DNA of 64,000 nucleotides from Desulfobacterales bacterium (GCA_016931455.1 JAFGES010000129.1:72363-136362), one strand, 5' to 3'. Counted from the first letter of the stretch, positions 10,125 to 20,580 are shown. Notes: a model not told the origin generated them from the sequence alone. A program made the numbers and translations.

Positions 10125-10996
10125 AAGAAAAATTAAAACTTGGAATTCCTAAAGGTAGCCTGCAAAGTGCAACAATTTCACTTTTCAAGCGCTCCGGATG
10201 GAAAATTAATGTCAATGGGAGAAGCTATTTCCCCGAAATTAATGATGCCGGCATAACATGTGCAATTTGCAGAGCCCAAGAAATGTCGCGTTATGTTGAA
10301 AGCGGAAGCCTAGATGCCGGACTTACCGGTAGGGACTGGATCGCTGAAAACAATTCTGATATCCGTGTTGTAGCGGATCTGGTTTATTCCAAGGTTAGCT
10401 CTAGACCTGCTAGATGGGTTCTTGCGGTCGCATATGATTCTCCAATCCGGAAACTTGAGGATCTGAAAGGGAAAAAAATCGCAACAGAACTCGTTGAATT
10501 TACTATGCGATACTTTGCTGAACGAAATATCGATGTAACCGTTGAATTTTCATGGGGAGCAACTGAAGCAAAAGTGGTTTCCGGACTCGCAGATGCCGTC
10601 GTAGAAGTTACGGAAACCGGTAGCACCATAAAAGCGCATGGCCTTAAAATTATCCACGAATTAATGCAAACCAACACTCAGCTGATTGCGAATCATAATT
10701 CATGGGCGAATCCTGACAAACGTGAGAAAATTGAACAGATAGCACTTTTGCTCAAAGGTGCTCTTTTAGCAGAAAAACTAGTCGGCCTAAAGATGAATGT
10801 ACCTGAGGAATGCCTCGAAAAGGTTATCAAATTGCTTCCGAGTCTTAAGGCACCAACGGTGGCTTCACTTTATGGATCGAACTGGTTTTCAGTTGAGGCA
10901 GTGGTAAATACGGATGTTATGAGGGATCTTATTCCCCAACTCTTGAAAAACGGATCTGAAGGTATTGTAGAATATCCTCTTAACAAAGTTGTTTAA
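10121..10996 (+). CDS. hisG: ATP phosphoribosyltransferase, long form
   Basis: [10 protein letters not shown] and E.TETGSTI.A.GL blocks are present, and the 291-aa length includes a C-terminal regulatory domain. There is a 4-nt overlap with hisI. Confidence 0.9.
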   Translation: MKEKLKLGIPKGSLQSATISLFKRSGWKINVNGRSYFPEINDAGITCAICRAQEMSRYVESGSLDAGLTGRDWIAENNSDIRVVADLVYSKVSSRPARWVLAVAYDSPIRKLEDLKGKKIATELVEFTMRYFAERNIDVTVEFSWGATEAKVVSGLADAVVEVTETGSTIKAHGLKIIHELMQTNTQLIANHNSWANPDKREKIEQIALLLKGALLAEKLVGLKMNVPEECLEKVIKLLPSLKAPTVASLYGSNWFSVEAVVNTDVMRDLIPQLLKNGSEGIVEYPLNKVV

Positions 10997-11067
10997 GGCA
11001 TATTCTAGTATACGGAGCGATGTGGTCGAAAGGTTTAGTTTCCTGAAAAATAGGAAAAGGGAAAAAA

Positions 11068-12207
11068 ATGATTTCAAAGCGAACAAAAGAGATTTCGTCT
11101 TTTATTGTTATGGATGTTCTCGAAAAAGCGCATGAAATGGAGCGTAAGGGGATAAATATAATCCATCTGGAGGTCGGCGAACCGGATTTTGACACCCCCC
11201 GGTGTATTAAAGAAGCTGCTTGTAGGGCTTTGGATCAAGGACATACGCACTATACCCATAGCCTTGGGATGATTGAACTTAGAGAAGCTATATCTGATTA
11301 CTATATGAGAACTTATAATGTATTGGTAAACTCGGATCAAATTGTCATCACTTCCGGTACTTCTCCTGCTATGTTCAGCTTATTCTCTGCGATTCTTGAT
11401 AAAGGTGATCAGGTTATCATTTCAGATCCGCATTATGCCTGTTATCCAAATTTTATTAAATTCTTAGAGGCCGAGACGGTTACCGTGGAGGTTTTTGAAG
11501 AAGACGGATTTCAATTCCGGCCGGAAGCAATTCAGAAAAAAATTACCGAAAAGACTAAAGCGATTTTCATAAATTCACCTTCAAATCCGACTGGAAATCT
11601 TCTATCAGCTGAGCGTATGAAGGCGATTGCAGAACTATCCCCCTATATTATTTCCGATGAAATTTATCATGGTTTGGTTTATGAAGGAAAAGAACATTCT
11701 ATTTTAGAGTTTACTGAAAATGCATTTGTCTTAAATGGGTTTTCAAAGCTTTACGCTATGACAGGTCTCAGGCTCGGATATTTAATTGCACCTAAGTTGT
11801 TTATTCGGCCGATACAAAAAATTCAACAAAACTTTTTTATCTCCGCAAATTCAATGGTTCAGATGGCAGGTATCGCAGCTCTGAAATATGCAGGGGATGA
11901 CATTGTTCGCATGAAAAAAATATACAATGAGCGCCGCTTATACATGATCGCTCGATTAAAGAAAATGGGCTTTGGAATTACAGTAGAACCGACCGGTGCC
12001 TTTTATGTATTTGCAAATGCAAAGCACGTTTCAATGGATTCGTATAAGCTTGCATTTGATATTCTGGAAAAAGCGCATGTCGGCGTAACGCCGGGCATTG
12101 ATTTTGGTAAAAATGGTGAAGGATATATTCGGTTTTCATACGCGAACTCAAAAGAAAACATCGCCGAAGGATTGGATCGAGTGGAGAATTACCTTAAAAA
12201 TCTTTAG
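11068..12207 (+). CDS. Pyridoxal-phosphate-dependent aminotransferase, class I/II
   Basis: INSPSNPTG and the PLP-lysine block NGFSKLYAMTGLRLGY are present. Substrate is not inferable. Confidence 0.85.
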   Translation: MISKRTKEISSFIVMDVLEKAHEMERKGINIIHLEVGEPDFDTPRCIKEAACRALDQGHTHYTHSLGMIELREAISDYYMRTYNVLVNSDQIVITSGTSPAMFSLFSAILDKGDQVIISDPHYACYPNFIKFLEAETVTVEVFEEDGFQFRPEAIQKKITEKTKAIFINSPSNPTGNLLSAERMKAIAELSPYIISDEIYHGLVYEGKEHSILEFTENAFVLNGFSKLYAMTGLRLGYLIAPKLFIRPIQKIQQNFFISANSMVQMAGIAALKYAGDDIVRMKKIYNERRLYMIARLKKMGFGITVEPTGAFYVFANAKHVSMDSYKLAFDILEKAHVGVTPGIDFGKNGEGYIRFSYANSKENIAEGLDRVENYLKNL

Positions 12208-12330
12208 CCATTACCTATGGAATATGGAATAAACCTAAAATGGAAATTTTAACCATTCCTGAAATGCAAAAGTATTTCCTGTTCCATAAATGAAAGGATT
12301 TGCGCTTAAAAAAATATTTCAGCAAAGAAC

Positions 12331-12936
12331 ATGATCATTAAATCCGCAAAGTTTGTTACTAGCGCTGTCAAACCATCTCAGTATCCACCGGCACTTTTGC
12401 CCGAGATAGCATTTGCCGGACGCTCTAATGTTGGAAAATCTACTCTTATCAATGCAATCTTAAACCGCAAACATCTGGTAAAGACGAGCTCCACCCCCGG
12501 AAGAACTCAACTGATTAATTTTTTTGATATTAACGACAATTTTACTTTCGTCGACCTTCCTGGATATGGTTACGCCAAAGTCCCCGATAATATTAAAAAA
12601 AAATGGGGTCCTATGATAGAGACCTATATTTTAAATAGGAAAACATTAAAGGCGATATTAGTCATCATGGATATTCGGCGTATACCCCGTCAAGAAGAAA
12701 TAAACCTCATCGAGTGGCTTAAGTATATCCGAATACCCTATATACCTATTCTTACAAAAGCAGATAAGCTTTCAAAGAGCCGACAGATCAAGCAAAAAAC
12801 AGCAATAGCAAATATATTTTATTTGCAGGAAAATAAATTGATTCTATTTTCCGCTAAAAGTAAAAAAGGAAGGGAAAGTATATGGGATGCTATTGAGGAG
12901 GCTCTTGAATCCAATTTAAATTATACTCAAAAATAA
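12331..12936 (+). CDS. engB: Ribosome biogenesis GTPase YsxC/EngB
   Basis: P-loop block EIAFAGRSNVGKSTLINA, DLPGYGYAKV and TKADKL are present. Confidence 0.9.
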   Translation: MIIKSAKFVTSAVKPSQYPPALLPEIAFAGRSNVGKSTLINAILNRKHLVKTSSTPGRTQLINFFDINDNFTFVDLPGYGYAKVPDNIKKKWGPMIETYILNRKTLKAILVIMDIRRIPRQEEINLIEWLKYIRIPYIPILTKADKLSKSRQIKQKTAIANIFYLQENKLILFSAKSKKGRESIWDAIEEALESNLNYTQK

Positions 12937-12955
12937 AAAATACGTAAGGCAAAAA

Positions 12956-13867
12956 TTGCTGAAAATAAATAATAATTACGATCATTTTAAATCCGGCTTC
13001 ATTGCTATTGTCGGTGCTCCCAATGTGGGGAAATCAACCTTGTTAAACCGCATCTTAGGGGAAAAAATATCAATTACTTCTGAAAAGCCTCAGACGACCC
13101 GCAATCGAATTTTAGGAATTTTACATCGAAATAATGCCCAGCTTGTTTTTGTAGATACACCGGGTATCCATAAAGCAAAGCGAACCCTAAATGTAAGAAT
13201 TGTCGATATTGCCCTTTCTGCCTTGGCTGATGTTGATATCATACTACTTGTTATCGATGCATCAAAACAAGATATGAATTCAGAACAGATTTTGATGCAA
13301 AAAATAAGTCATCAAAAAACGCCGATTATTCTTGCCATCAACAAAATTGATCTTATAAAAAAACCGACTCTTATTACCCTGATCGATAAATGGTCAAAAG
13401 AATATTCGTTTAAAGACATAATCCCTGTTTCAGCTAAGAATGGAACTCAAGTTGAAAAGATTGTCGAGTCTATAGAATCTCATATTCCCAATGGACCCCC
13501 TTTTTTTCCGCAAGACTATCTGACGGATTTGCCCGAAAAGTTTTTTGTTTCCGAATTAATAAGAGAAAAAGTTTTTAGATATACGGGGCAGGAAATTCCT
13601 TATTCTACTGCGGTAACGGTAGATTTTTTCTCGGAAGATAAAAATAACTCAATCATAAGAATTCATGCTACCATTTATGTTGAAAGGAGCTCACAGAAAG
13701 CTATCATCATTGGTAAAAATGGTAGCCAAATAAAAAAAATCGGGCAAAACGCTAGAGAAGAAATTCAAAGAAAACTTTCGACAAAGGTATTTTTGAAACT
13801 TTTTGTAAAGGTAGAGAAAAACTGGAGCAAGGATACTAAAGCATTAAGAAAATTTGGATATGAATGA
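12956..13867 (+). CDS. era: GTPase Era
   Basis: KSGFIAIVGAPNVGKSTLLN, DTPGIH, NKIDL and a C-terminal KH-like region (VERSSQKAIIIGKNGSQIKKIG) are present. Confidence 0.9.
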   Translation: MLKINNNYDHFKSGFIAIVGAPNVGKSTLLNRILGEKISITSEKPQTTRNRILGILHRNNAQLVFVDTPGIHKAKRTLNVRIVDIALSALADVDIILLVIDASKQDMNSEQILMQKISHQKTPIILAINKIDLIKKPTLITLIDKWSKEYSFKDIIPVSAKNGTQVEKIVESIESHIPNGPPFFPQDYLTDLPEKFFVSELIREKVFRYTGQEIPYSTAVTVDFFSEDKNNSIIRIHATIYVERSSQKAIIIGKNGSQIKKIGQNAREEIQRKLSTKVFLKLFVKVEKNWSKDTKALRKFGYE

Positions 13868-13891
13868 TTTTCGGTTAAGATCAAAAATATT

Positions 13892-14194
13892 ATGAAACCT
13901 TACGCATTTGATTTAGATTTAGATGACATAAATAGAGAAAGACGAAAAGCAAGGGAACTCCGTGGTTCCCAATGGTGGAAACGACGTTGTGGATATGGAA
14001 TCTGTTTTTACTGTGGACAAGAAACACCCCCCAAAGAATTGACGATGGATCATATTGTGCCCATATCACGTGGGGGAAGAACAACAAAAAGCAATGTGGT
14101 TCCAGCATGTAAAATATGCAATAATAAAAAAAAACAGCTGCTTCCCATGGAATGGGAGCAATACCTGAAGGGCATTGCATTTAACTCCAAGTAA
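13892..14194 (+). CDS. Small HNH endonuclease-domain protein
   Basis: CFYCG....ELTMDHIVPISRGG.....N.VPACK.CNN.K is the HNH/Cys-box pattern. Confidence 0.8.
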   Translation: MKPYAFDLDLDDINRERRKARELRGSQWWKRRCGYGICFYCGQETPPKELTMDHIVPISRGGRTTKSNVVPACKICNNKKKQLLPMEWEQYLKGIAFNSK

Positions 14195-14523
14195 CCTATC
14201 TGAATAAAATTAAAAACCTTACCTACTGATCAATACCATTTAACTATTACATAATGATTCAAGCAACTAAATTTAGTATGTATTTTTGAATGCTAAAGTA
14301 TATGGATAAGATAAATTGTCGAATCTGAAATCTTAAATCCATGAAAAATTATATATTTGATAAAAAATAAATTATTTGATAGATTAACAAATTTTTCTTT
14401 TTAAGAACATTATAAAAGTGATTAGATATTAATAAAATAGATTTTAAACTCATTCAATGCTGAGAATAATATAAATTAAATTTTCAACATTTCATTATCC
14501 CAGCTTGGGAAAGGATTGGAATA

Positions 14524-14955
14524 ATGCTGATAGACACTCAAGCACTTGAAACATTAAATCTTTTTAAAGGCTTTGAACCGGATGAAATAGAACAGATCGC
14601 ATCTTTAATGCATCACAAAAGAACAATGGAAGGTGAGGTGTTGACACGTAGGGGGGATTGCGCGGAAACATTTTACATTCTCATATCAGGCTATTACATT
14701 ATATATTTTGAAGAAGGCGAGTCGGTTGTTCTGCACAAAAAAGGTGAAATAATTGGTTGGTCCACAGCAGCCACTCTTTTCAATTACCTAGGAACAACGG
14801 TAGCTCTTACAGATGGAGAAGTTTTATCGATGCCGGGGGAAGACTTTCTGGATTTAATTCGAAATAATTCTATGCTGGGGGATAAGATAATGAAAAAAAT
14901 AAATAAAATAGTTGCTGAGAGGATGAATTTAATAAAAAAAACAAGAAATAATTAA
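14524..14955 (+). CDS. Stand-alone cyclic-nucleotide-binding (cNMP) domain protein
   Basis: 143 aa with typical CAP-effector-domain spacing (LFKGF....I..........G..L.R.GD....FYIL.SG). No output domain. Confidence 0.7.
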   Translation: MLIDTQALETLNLFKGFEPDEIEQIASLMHHKRTMEGEVLTRRGDCAETFYILISGYYIIYFEEGESVVLHKKGEIIGWSTAATLFNYLGTTVALTDGEVLSMPGEDFLDLIRNNSMLGDKIMKKINKIVAERMNLIKKTRNN

Positions 14956-15117
14956 TACTACCTTATTATTGCTTGATTCATTAGTTGCAATAATGCTATA
15001 TCGCCTATTTTTATAATCTATATCATATGCTTTTTGAAAAAGTAGATAATTATCTTTGCGAACGATGTGCTAATTATTTCTAAGGAAAAAACAATTTAGC
15101 CGGAAAAGGAGAATTCA

Positions 15118-15573
15118 TTGTTTGGTTTAAAAGCAATATCTCACTATAATGGATGGACTATGGCTGCTATTGGAATATCCATTGTATTCACCGGTCTTTT
15201 TCTCCTATCAATAGCAGTTTCCCAGCTCCACAAAGTTCTTAAACTATGGGACAATAGAAAAAAGAATTACCAACGAATAAAAGCTTTTTGGAAAAGAAAT
15301 GCTCAAAAAGGTACAATAATTGAATCGGATATCAAATTCGCCCGAACTCTCCATGAAGCATCTAAACAGTATAAAATACTAATAGAACGATTGGGTGAAC
15401 CATTTGCCATTCCAAAGCTTGTTGAATTTTCCGAAAACTGTGGGCTTGGTCACCCTCCGGATACAATCGAAAAACTGTTAAAAGCGGAAATAATTATCCC
15501 GGATGGGAAGGGCTATTATATTTGGAATCAATCCGATGAGAATACTGCAAAGAGGCATTCATGGAAAATTTGA
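15118..15573 (+). CDS. OadG-like small membrane protein (decarboxylase gamma-type N-terminus) with a roughly 100-aa C-terminal extension
   Basis: TTG start. A single N-terminal TM (MAAIGISIVFTGLFLLSIAVSQL) resembles the OadG family. The gene overlaps the start of the beta-subunit gene. Confidence 0.5.
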   Translation: MFGLKAISHYNGWTMAAIGISIVFTGLFLLSIAVSQLHKVLKLWDNRKKNYQRIKAFWKRNAQKGTIIESDIKFARTLHEASKQYKILIERLGEPFAIPKLVEFSENCGLGHPPDTIEKLLKAEIIIPDGKGYYIWNQSDENTAKRHSWKI

Positions 15574-16688
15574 TACTGGACTTCCTATCGAATACCGGAT
15601 TCGCGCTGGCCGATTATCGGCATTATATAATGATATTAATAGGTATTCTTTTTATTTACCTCGGAATTGCCAAACACTACGAACCACTGCTTCTTGTACC
15701 CATTGGGTTTGGAATTCTTGTTGGAAATATTCCTGTTTTCAAAGGGCTTGGGCTGGGAATTTACGAAGATAACAGCGTATTGCATTACCTTTACTTTGGT
15801 GTGACGTCGGGTATATATCCTCCCCTAATTTTTCTAGGCATCGGTGCTCTGACTGATTTTACTACGATGTTGGCAAGACCGTCCCTTATGATTCTCGGCG
15901 CAGCAGCGCAAATGGGAATTTTTTTAACTTTTTTAGGTGCTCTTGCACTTGGATTCGCACCCAATGAAGCTGCATCTATAGGAATTATCGGCGGTGCAGA
16001 CGGGCCAACCGCTATTTTTCTCACCGCCAAGCTAGCACCGAAACTTATCGGCCCTATCGCTGTTGCGGCTTATTCTTATATGGCTTTAGTGCCCGTCATT
16101 CAGCCCCCTATTATGAAATTGCTGACCACGCGAAAAGAACGTTTGATAAGAATGGAAGAGCTCAGAGAAGTCTCCAAAAGAGAAAAGATAATTTTCCCGA
16201 TTATTGGATTTTTACTTTGCTGCTTCCTGGCCCCGGCTGCATTACCACTTCTTGGAATGCTGTTTTTCGGAAATTTATTAAAAGAATGTGTTGTAGCTGA
16301 AAGGCTTGCAAAGACTGCGAGATCTTCTGTTATTGATACAGTAACGATATTGCTCGGCATAACTGTGGGTGCCAGTACTCAGGCCGATGTTTTTCTCACC
16401 CCTCAATCTGTAGGGATCTTCGTTCTTGGAGCATTATCATTCGGTATTGCAACCGGGTCCGGCGTGATATTTGCAAAAATTATGAATCTATTTATGACGC
16501 ATAAGATTAATCCGCTGATTGGTGCCGCCGGCGTATCGGCAGTACCGGATTCTGCACGGGTGGTGCAAGTAGTCGGACAGGCTGAAGATCCAACCAACTT
16601 TTTGCTGATGCATGCAATGGCGCCGAATATATCCGGTGTTATTGGGTCTGCAATTGGTGCCGGAGTGTTATGGAGTTTCATATTGTAA
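15561..16688 (+). CDS. Na+-translocating decarboxylase, beta subunit (OadB/GcdB/MmdB family)
   Basis: 375-aa polytopic membrane protein with blocks typical of the family: GADGPTAIF, NLLKE and GVSAVP.SARV. Confidence 0.85.
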   Translation: MENLILDFLSNTGFALADYRHYIMILIGILFIYLGIAKHYEPLLLVPIGFGILVGNIPVFKGLGLGIYEDNSVLHYLYFGVTSGIYPPLIFLGIGALTDFTTMLARPSLMILGAAAQMGIFLTFLGALALGFAPNEAASIGIIGGADGPTAIFLTAKLAPKLIGPIAVAAYSYMALVPVIQPPIMKLLTTRKERLIRMEELREVSKREKIIFPIIGFLLCCFLAPAALPLLGMLFFGNLLKECVVAERLAKTARSSVIDTVTILLGITVGASTQADVFLTPQSVGIFVLGALSFGIATGSGVIFAKIMNLFMTHKINPLIGAAGVSAVPDSARVVQVVGQAEDPTNFLLMHAMAPNISGVIGSAIGAGVLWSFIL

Positions 16689-16806
16689 GGGTTTTCCCTG
16701 CCGACAAGGCAGCTCCCAAAGCACCGATCATTTGCGGATCAACGGGCACATGAATCTTGCGACCCGTCAAATAACACTGTTGTATAAATATCGATTCCCG
16801 AGTATT
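16678..16806 (-). pseudogene. Remnant of the C-terminus of a BcrAD/BadFG-type ATPase (acyl-CoA dehydratase activase family)
   Basis: Minus-strand translation gives ...LTGRKIHVPVDPQMIGALGAALSAGKTLTI*. This resembles the conserved C-terminal ...V.VP..PQ..GALGAAL.A of activases. The frame is closed by a stop about 43 codons upstream, with no N-terminal part. Confidence 0.4.
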
Positions 16807-16995
16807 TCATAAATATACTAAGCCGCTATAATCTTTCCTTTATTGATTTTTTTTCTTGATTCCTTTTCAAGTGAGAGTATTCTTGAATCACCATACTTCG
16901 GTACATCTCTTTCCTCCTTGCATTGTTGTCTATTGTATACGATTTTTCTGAAGGGATAGTAAATCAACAGAATCATTAATTCCTTGGAGATTTTT

Positions 16996-17481
16996 ATGAA
17001 AAAAAGTTTTCTTTTTGCTTGTTTTCTAATTCTCTTGTCCATTTCTTATTTTTCACCTCTTTCTTTATATGCTAGCGAAGAATTCGGCTTGTCTGACAGT
17101 CAAATCATTTATGTCCCTGCTTATTCACATATTTATAGCGGAAATCGCGAACAACCGTTCTTATTGACAGTCACATTAAGTATCAGAAACATTGATCCAA
17201 AGCATCAAATAAAAATTACCGTAATTGATTATTATGAAACGCAAGGGAAGCTCTTGAAAAAATATTTAGATAAACCCGTGCTATTAAACCCATTAGAATC
17301 ATTGCGCTATATCGTTCCCGAGAGCGATAAAAGTGGAGGTTCAGGCGCCAATTTTATAGTTGAATGGATATCTGAAGGATTTATTAATCCGCCGATTGTT
17401 GAAACAATAATGATTGGTACTCAGAATCAGCAAGGCATTTCTTTTACCTCTCGTGGTCGAGTAATCATTACACAAAGGTAA
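16996..17481 (+). CDS. DUF3124-family secreted/lipoprotein-like protein
   Basis: Signal peptide is present. The blocks YVPAYSHIY, LSIRN.D and SGGSGANFIVEW are recalled as DUF3124 signatures. I prefer the ATG at 16996, preceded by GGAGA. Confidence 0.6.
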   Translation: MKKSFLFACFLILLSISYFSPLSLYASEEFGLSDSQIIYVPAYSHIYSGNREQPFLLTVTLSIRNIDPKHQIKITVIDYYETQGKLLKKYLDKPVLLNPLESLRYIVPESDKSGGSGANFIVEWISEGFINPPIVETIMIGTQNQQGISFTSRGRVIITQR

Positions 17482-17566
17482 TAAAGCATGTTGAACCTTG
17501 GCATTAAGAGCGACGGCAAAAAGCCGCTGTAGCTTATGCCGGGCGATATACATATAGAAAGGTATT

Positions 17567-19024
17567 ATGAACATGGAAAAAATAATTCATGTTAATCTCT
17601 ATATCAATGGAAAATGGACTGAAGCCAAGGCCAAAAAAAAATTTCAAATAATAAACCCTGCCACTGAAGATATCGTCGCTACAGCGTGCCACGCTAATTC
17701 TGAGGATACACTTATTGCTATATCTGCAGCTCAGAAAGGCTTTCAAGTGTGGCAAAATATCGTGCCATGGGAACGATCCAAGATTTTGAGGCAAGCAGCC
17801 ATCCTATTAGAAGAGAGGCGCGGAAAGGTTGCCAAGCGGATTGCTATTGATTGCGGCAAACCTATAGCGCAGGCTTTCGCAGAAGTAAATGCTGCTATAG
17901 AAACATTGGACTGGCTATCGGATGAAGCGCGTAGGGTTTTCGGTGATATACTGCCCGGGAGAGATTCCAATACCCTTTTTCAAACATTCTATGAGCCTGT
18001 TGGTGTTACTGCATGCTTTTCAGCTTGGAACTTTCCAGTATTATTACCAACCCGTAAAATAGCAGCCGCACTTGCTGCAGGTTGCTCTGTCTTATGTCGT
18101 CCTGCCGAAGAAGGTTCGGTATGTGCTTCAGAACTATTTAAATGTTTTATTGATGCCGGAGTTCCGCCGGGAACAATAAATCTCCTTACGGGACCGCCGG
18201 AAGAAATTTCAGAAACAATAATGAAAAGCCCTATTGTAAGAAAGATAAGTTTTACCGGTTCGGTCGAGGTTGGTAAAAAAATAATTCGGCAATCGGCCGA
18301 TACCGTCAAAAGACTTACTTTAGAATTAGGTGGCCATGCCCCTGTTATAGTTTTCAAGGATGTCAATCCTGAAAAAATTGCAGAAGGGGCGGTAGCGGCT
18401 AAGTTTAGAAACACTGGGCAGGTTTGTGTATCACCTACCCGTTTTTTTGTTCATAAGGCGCATGTTGAAAAATTTACAGATACCTTCATTAAATCAACTA
18501 TGCGGTTAAAACTCGGTAATGGCTTGGACTCTACCTCCGACATTGGCCCCTTAATTAACAGTTTAAGGCTGAGCGCTGTCGAGAAGCTCGTTGAAACGAC
18601 TATTAAGGAAGGGGCTACAGTTGTCCTTGGGGGGAAACGACCGGCTGATTTGCAAAAAGGCTTTTTCTATGAACCGACAATTTTTACACGAGTTAGAGAC
18701 GATATGACCGTAATGCAAAAAGAACCCTTTGGGCCGCTGGCAACGATCTTAAGTTTTGATTCCTTTGAGGAAGTTATTGAAAGGGCAAATGCTATAGATT
18801 ACGGCCTTTCAAGCTATATTTTTACTAATTCGCTGAACTTGGCTCACCGAGCAATACTATCAATAAAAACCGGTGTGGTTTCCGTAAATAGTTGGGCGGG
18901 TAGTACTGCGGAAATGCCTTTTGGTGGAATCAAATTTTCAGGGTATGGGCGCGAAGGTGGTTCCCAAGGTATATACGAATATCTTGATACAAAATACATA
19001 AACCTTAATCTGAATTCAATTTAA
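17567..19024 (+). CDS. NAD(P)+-dependent aldehyde dehydrogenase (succinate-semialdehyde-DH-like)
   Basis: FTGS...G, the catalytic Glu block LELGGHAP, the Cys block NTGQVCVSPTRF and EPFGP are present. Confidence 0.88.
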   Translation: MNMEKIIHVNLYINGKWTEAKAKKKFQIINPATEDIVATACHANSEDTLIAISAAQKGFQVWQNIVPWERSKILRQAAILLEERRGKVAKRIAIDCGKPIAQAFAEVNAAIETLDWLSDEARRVFGDILPGRDSNTLFQTFYEPVGVTACFSAWNFPVLLPTRKIAAALAAGCSVLCRPAEEGSVCASELFKCFIDAGVPPGTINLLTGPPEEISETIMKSPIVRKISFTGSVEVGKKIIRQSADTVKRLTLELGGHAPVIVFKDVNPEKIAEGAVAAKFRNTGQVCVSPTRFFVHKAHVEKFTDTFIKSTMRLKLGNGLDSTSDIGPLINSLRLSAVEKLVETTIKEGATVVLGGKRPADLQKGFFYEPTIFTRVRDDMTVMQKEPFGPLATILSFDSFEEVIERANAIDYGLSSYIFTNSLNLAHRAILSIKTGVVSVNSWAGSTAEMPFGGIKFSGYGREGGSQGIYEYLDTKYINLNLNSI

Positions 19025-19136
19025 TAAGGCACGATTTCAACTGTCGACATCCAGCGCCTCACAATTCATCGGGCAATAGTGGATCAGTTCGGATTTGTCG
19101 GCAGTAGCATCTGTTATGATTGTTTCACGTGAAACA

Positions 19137-20555
19137 CTATTTTCCAATGCAGAATCGCTCAAAAATTTGATGAATTATATCCGGTCGAATGTTTATACCA
19201 AGTATTTCATTGAGCGCTTTAATCCCCTCATCAATGTCGATCGCAATCAGCTCAAAGGGCTTTTGCGTTTTAATTCCTTCATAAGCGGTAGCAAGAGATT
19301 GCAGGCTAAGCTCAAGCGCTAATTTGTGTCTCAAGTTGGGGATTATAGAGTTATTTGAATTATAACTTGTTTGATTCAGACATTCCTTTGCAATCACTTC
19401 TTTAAGTTTATCAATTCCTAAATTATAAAGTGCGGAAATTTTAACGCTGGCTGTGTTTTTAAAGTCTTCAGGGACTTCTAATTCAAATGAGTTTTTAAAA
19501 AGATCGATCTTGTTAAAAACGAGTATGACTTGTTTTTCTTTTATTTGTTGAAAAATTGCTAATTCATCTTCGCTTATAGGGAAGCCGGCATCGATTAAGA
19601 AAAGGACGACATGAGAGTTCTCAATGTGTTCTTGGGTTTTTTTTATCCCGATGGTCTCAACAAGATCATCGGATTCGTGTAGCCCGGCGGTATCGGCAAT
19701 GTTTATTGGAACTCCACGAATAATAATATTCTCTTCAATTATGTCTCTGGTAGTCCCGGGTATAGGAGTAACAATAGAGCGTTCTTTTTGAATCAACCGA
19801 TTTAATAAACTCGATTTTCCGACGTTCGGCCGACCAATAATTGCGACGTTTATTCCATCTTTTATAATGAGTCCGTAATCATATTGTTCGATAAGTTTTT
19901 CTAATTTATTTATAATGTTATTCTGTAAACGATTAAGCAAATAATCATTTTCAACAATTTCATCATCATGATCATCATAAAAGTCAATGGCTACCTCAAT
20001 TTCAGCCAATAGGTTAAGCATTTCATCTCTGAGCAATTCGATGCTTTTTTTCAAATCTCCCTTTATTTGTTTGTTCGCAATTTCAAGTGCTTGAGTAGTT
20101 TTTGCATTAATAATATCGATAACTGCTTCGGCTTGTGTCAGGTCGATACGCCCGTTTAAATAAGCCCTTTTGGTAAACTCTCCGGGTTTGGCTAACAGCG
20201 CCCCGTATTTCAAAAGCAAGTTTAAGATTGTCCCTAATACAACTGAGCCCGAGTGAGCTTGTATTTCAACAATATCCTCACGAGTGTATGAATGAGGGGC
20301 TTTCATAAAAACAAATAGTACTTCATCGATAACCTGGTTATTTTCGGGGTTGATAATGTTTCCGTAGTAGAAGTGGTGCGATTTAAATTCCAAAGAAGGG
20401 ATAGAATTTGGTTCGTCTAGTTGATTGCCGGACATTTGGTGTTTTCTGAAAATTGCGGTGCCGATTCTTAGAGCATCTCGGCCGGAAATTTTAATAATAC
20501 CGATTCCGCCGATTCCATTTGGAGTGGCAATGGCGACGATAGTGGAATTGTCCAT
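19137..20555 (-). CDS. mnmE: tRNA modification GTPase MnmE (TrmE)
   Basis: N-terminus DTIVAIATP.G.GGIGI.KISG, G-domain GRPNVGKSSLLN and the C-terminal CIGK tetrapeptide are present. Confidence 0.93.
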   Translation of the reverse strand: MDNSTIVAIATPNGIGGIGIIKISGRDALRIGTAIFRKHQMSGNQLDEPNSIPSLEFKSHHFYYGNIINPENNQVIDEVLFVFMKAPHSYTREDIVEIQAHSGSVVLGTILNLLLKYGALLAKPGEFTKRAYLNGRIDLTQAEAVIDIINAKTTQALEIANKQIKGDLKKSIELLRDEMLNLLAEIEVAIDFYDDHDDEIVENDYLLNRLQNNIINKLEKLIEQYDYGLIIKDGINVAIIGRPNVGKSSLLNRLIQKERSIVTPIPGTTRDIIEENIIIRGVPINIADTAGLHESDDLVETIGIKKTQEHIENSHVVLFLIDAGFPISEDELAIFQQIKEKQVILVFNKIDLFKNSFELEVPEDFKNTASVKISALYNLGIDKLKEVIAKECLNQTSYNSNNSIIPNLRHKLALELSLQSLATAYEGIKTQKPFELIAIDIDEGIKALNEILGINIRPDIIHQIFERFCIGK

Positions 20556-20580
20556 TGAATAAAAAAATTAAAATTAATGT

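Noticed and set aside
16818-17042. 74-aa minus-strand ORF overlapping the start of the DUF3124 gene
   Set aside because: It overlaps the signal-peptide-coding start and RBS of a better-supported plus-strand gene. It is Lys/Ile-rich and low-complexity.
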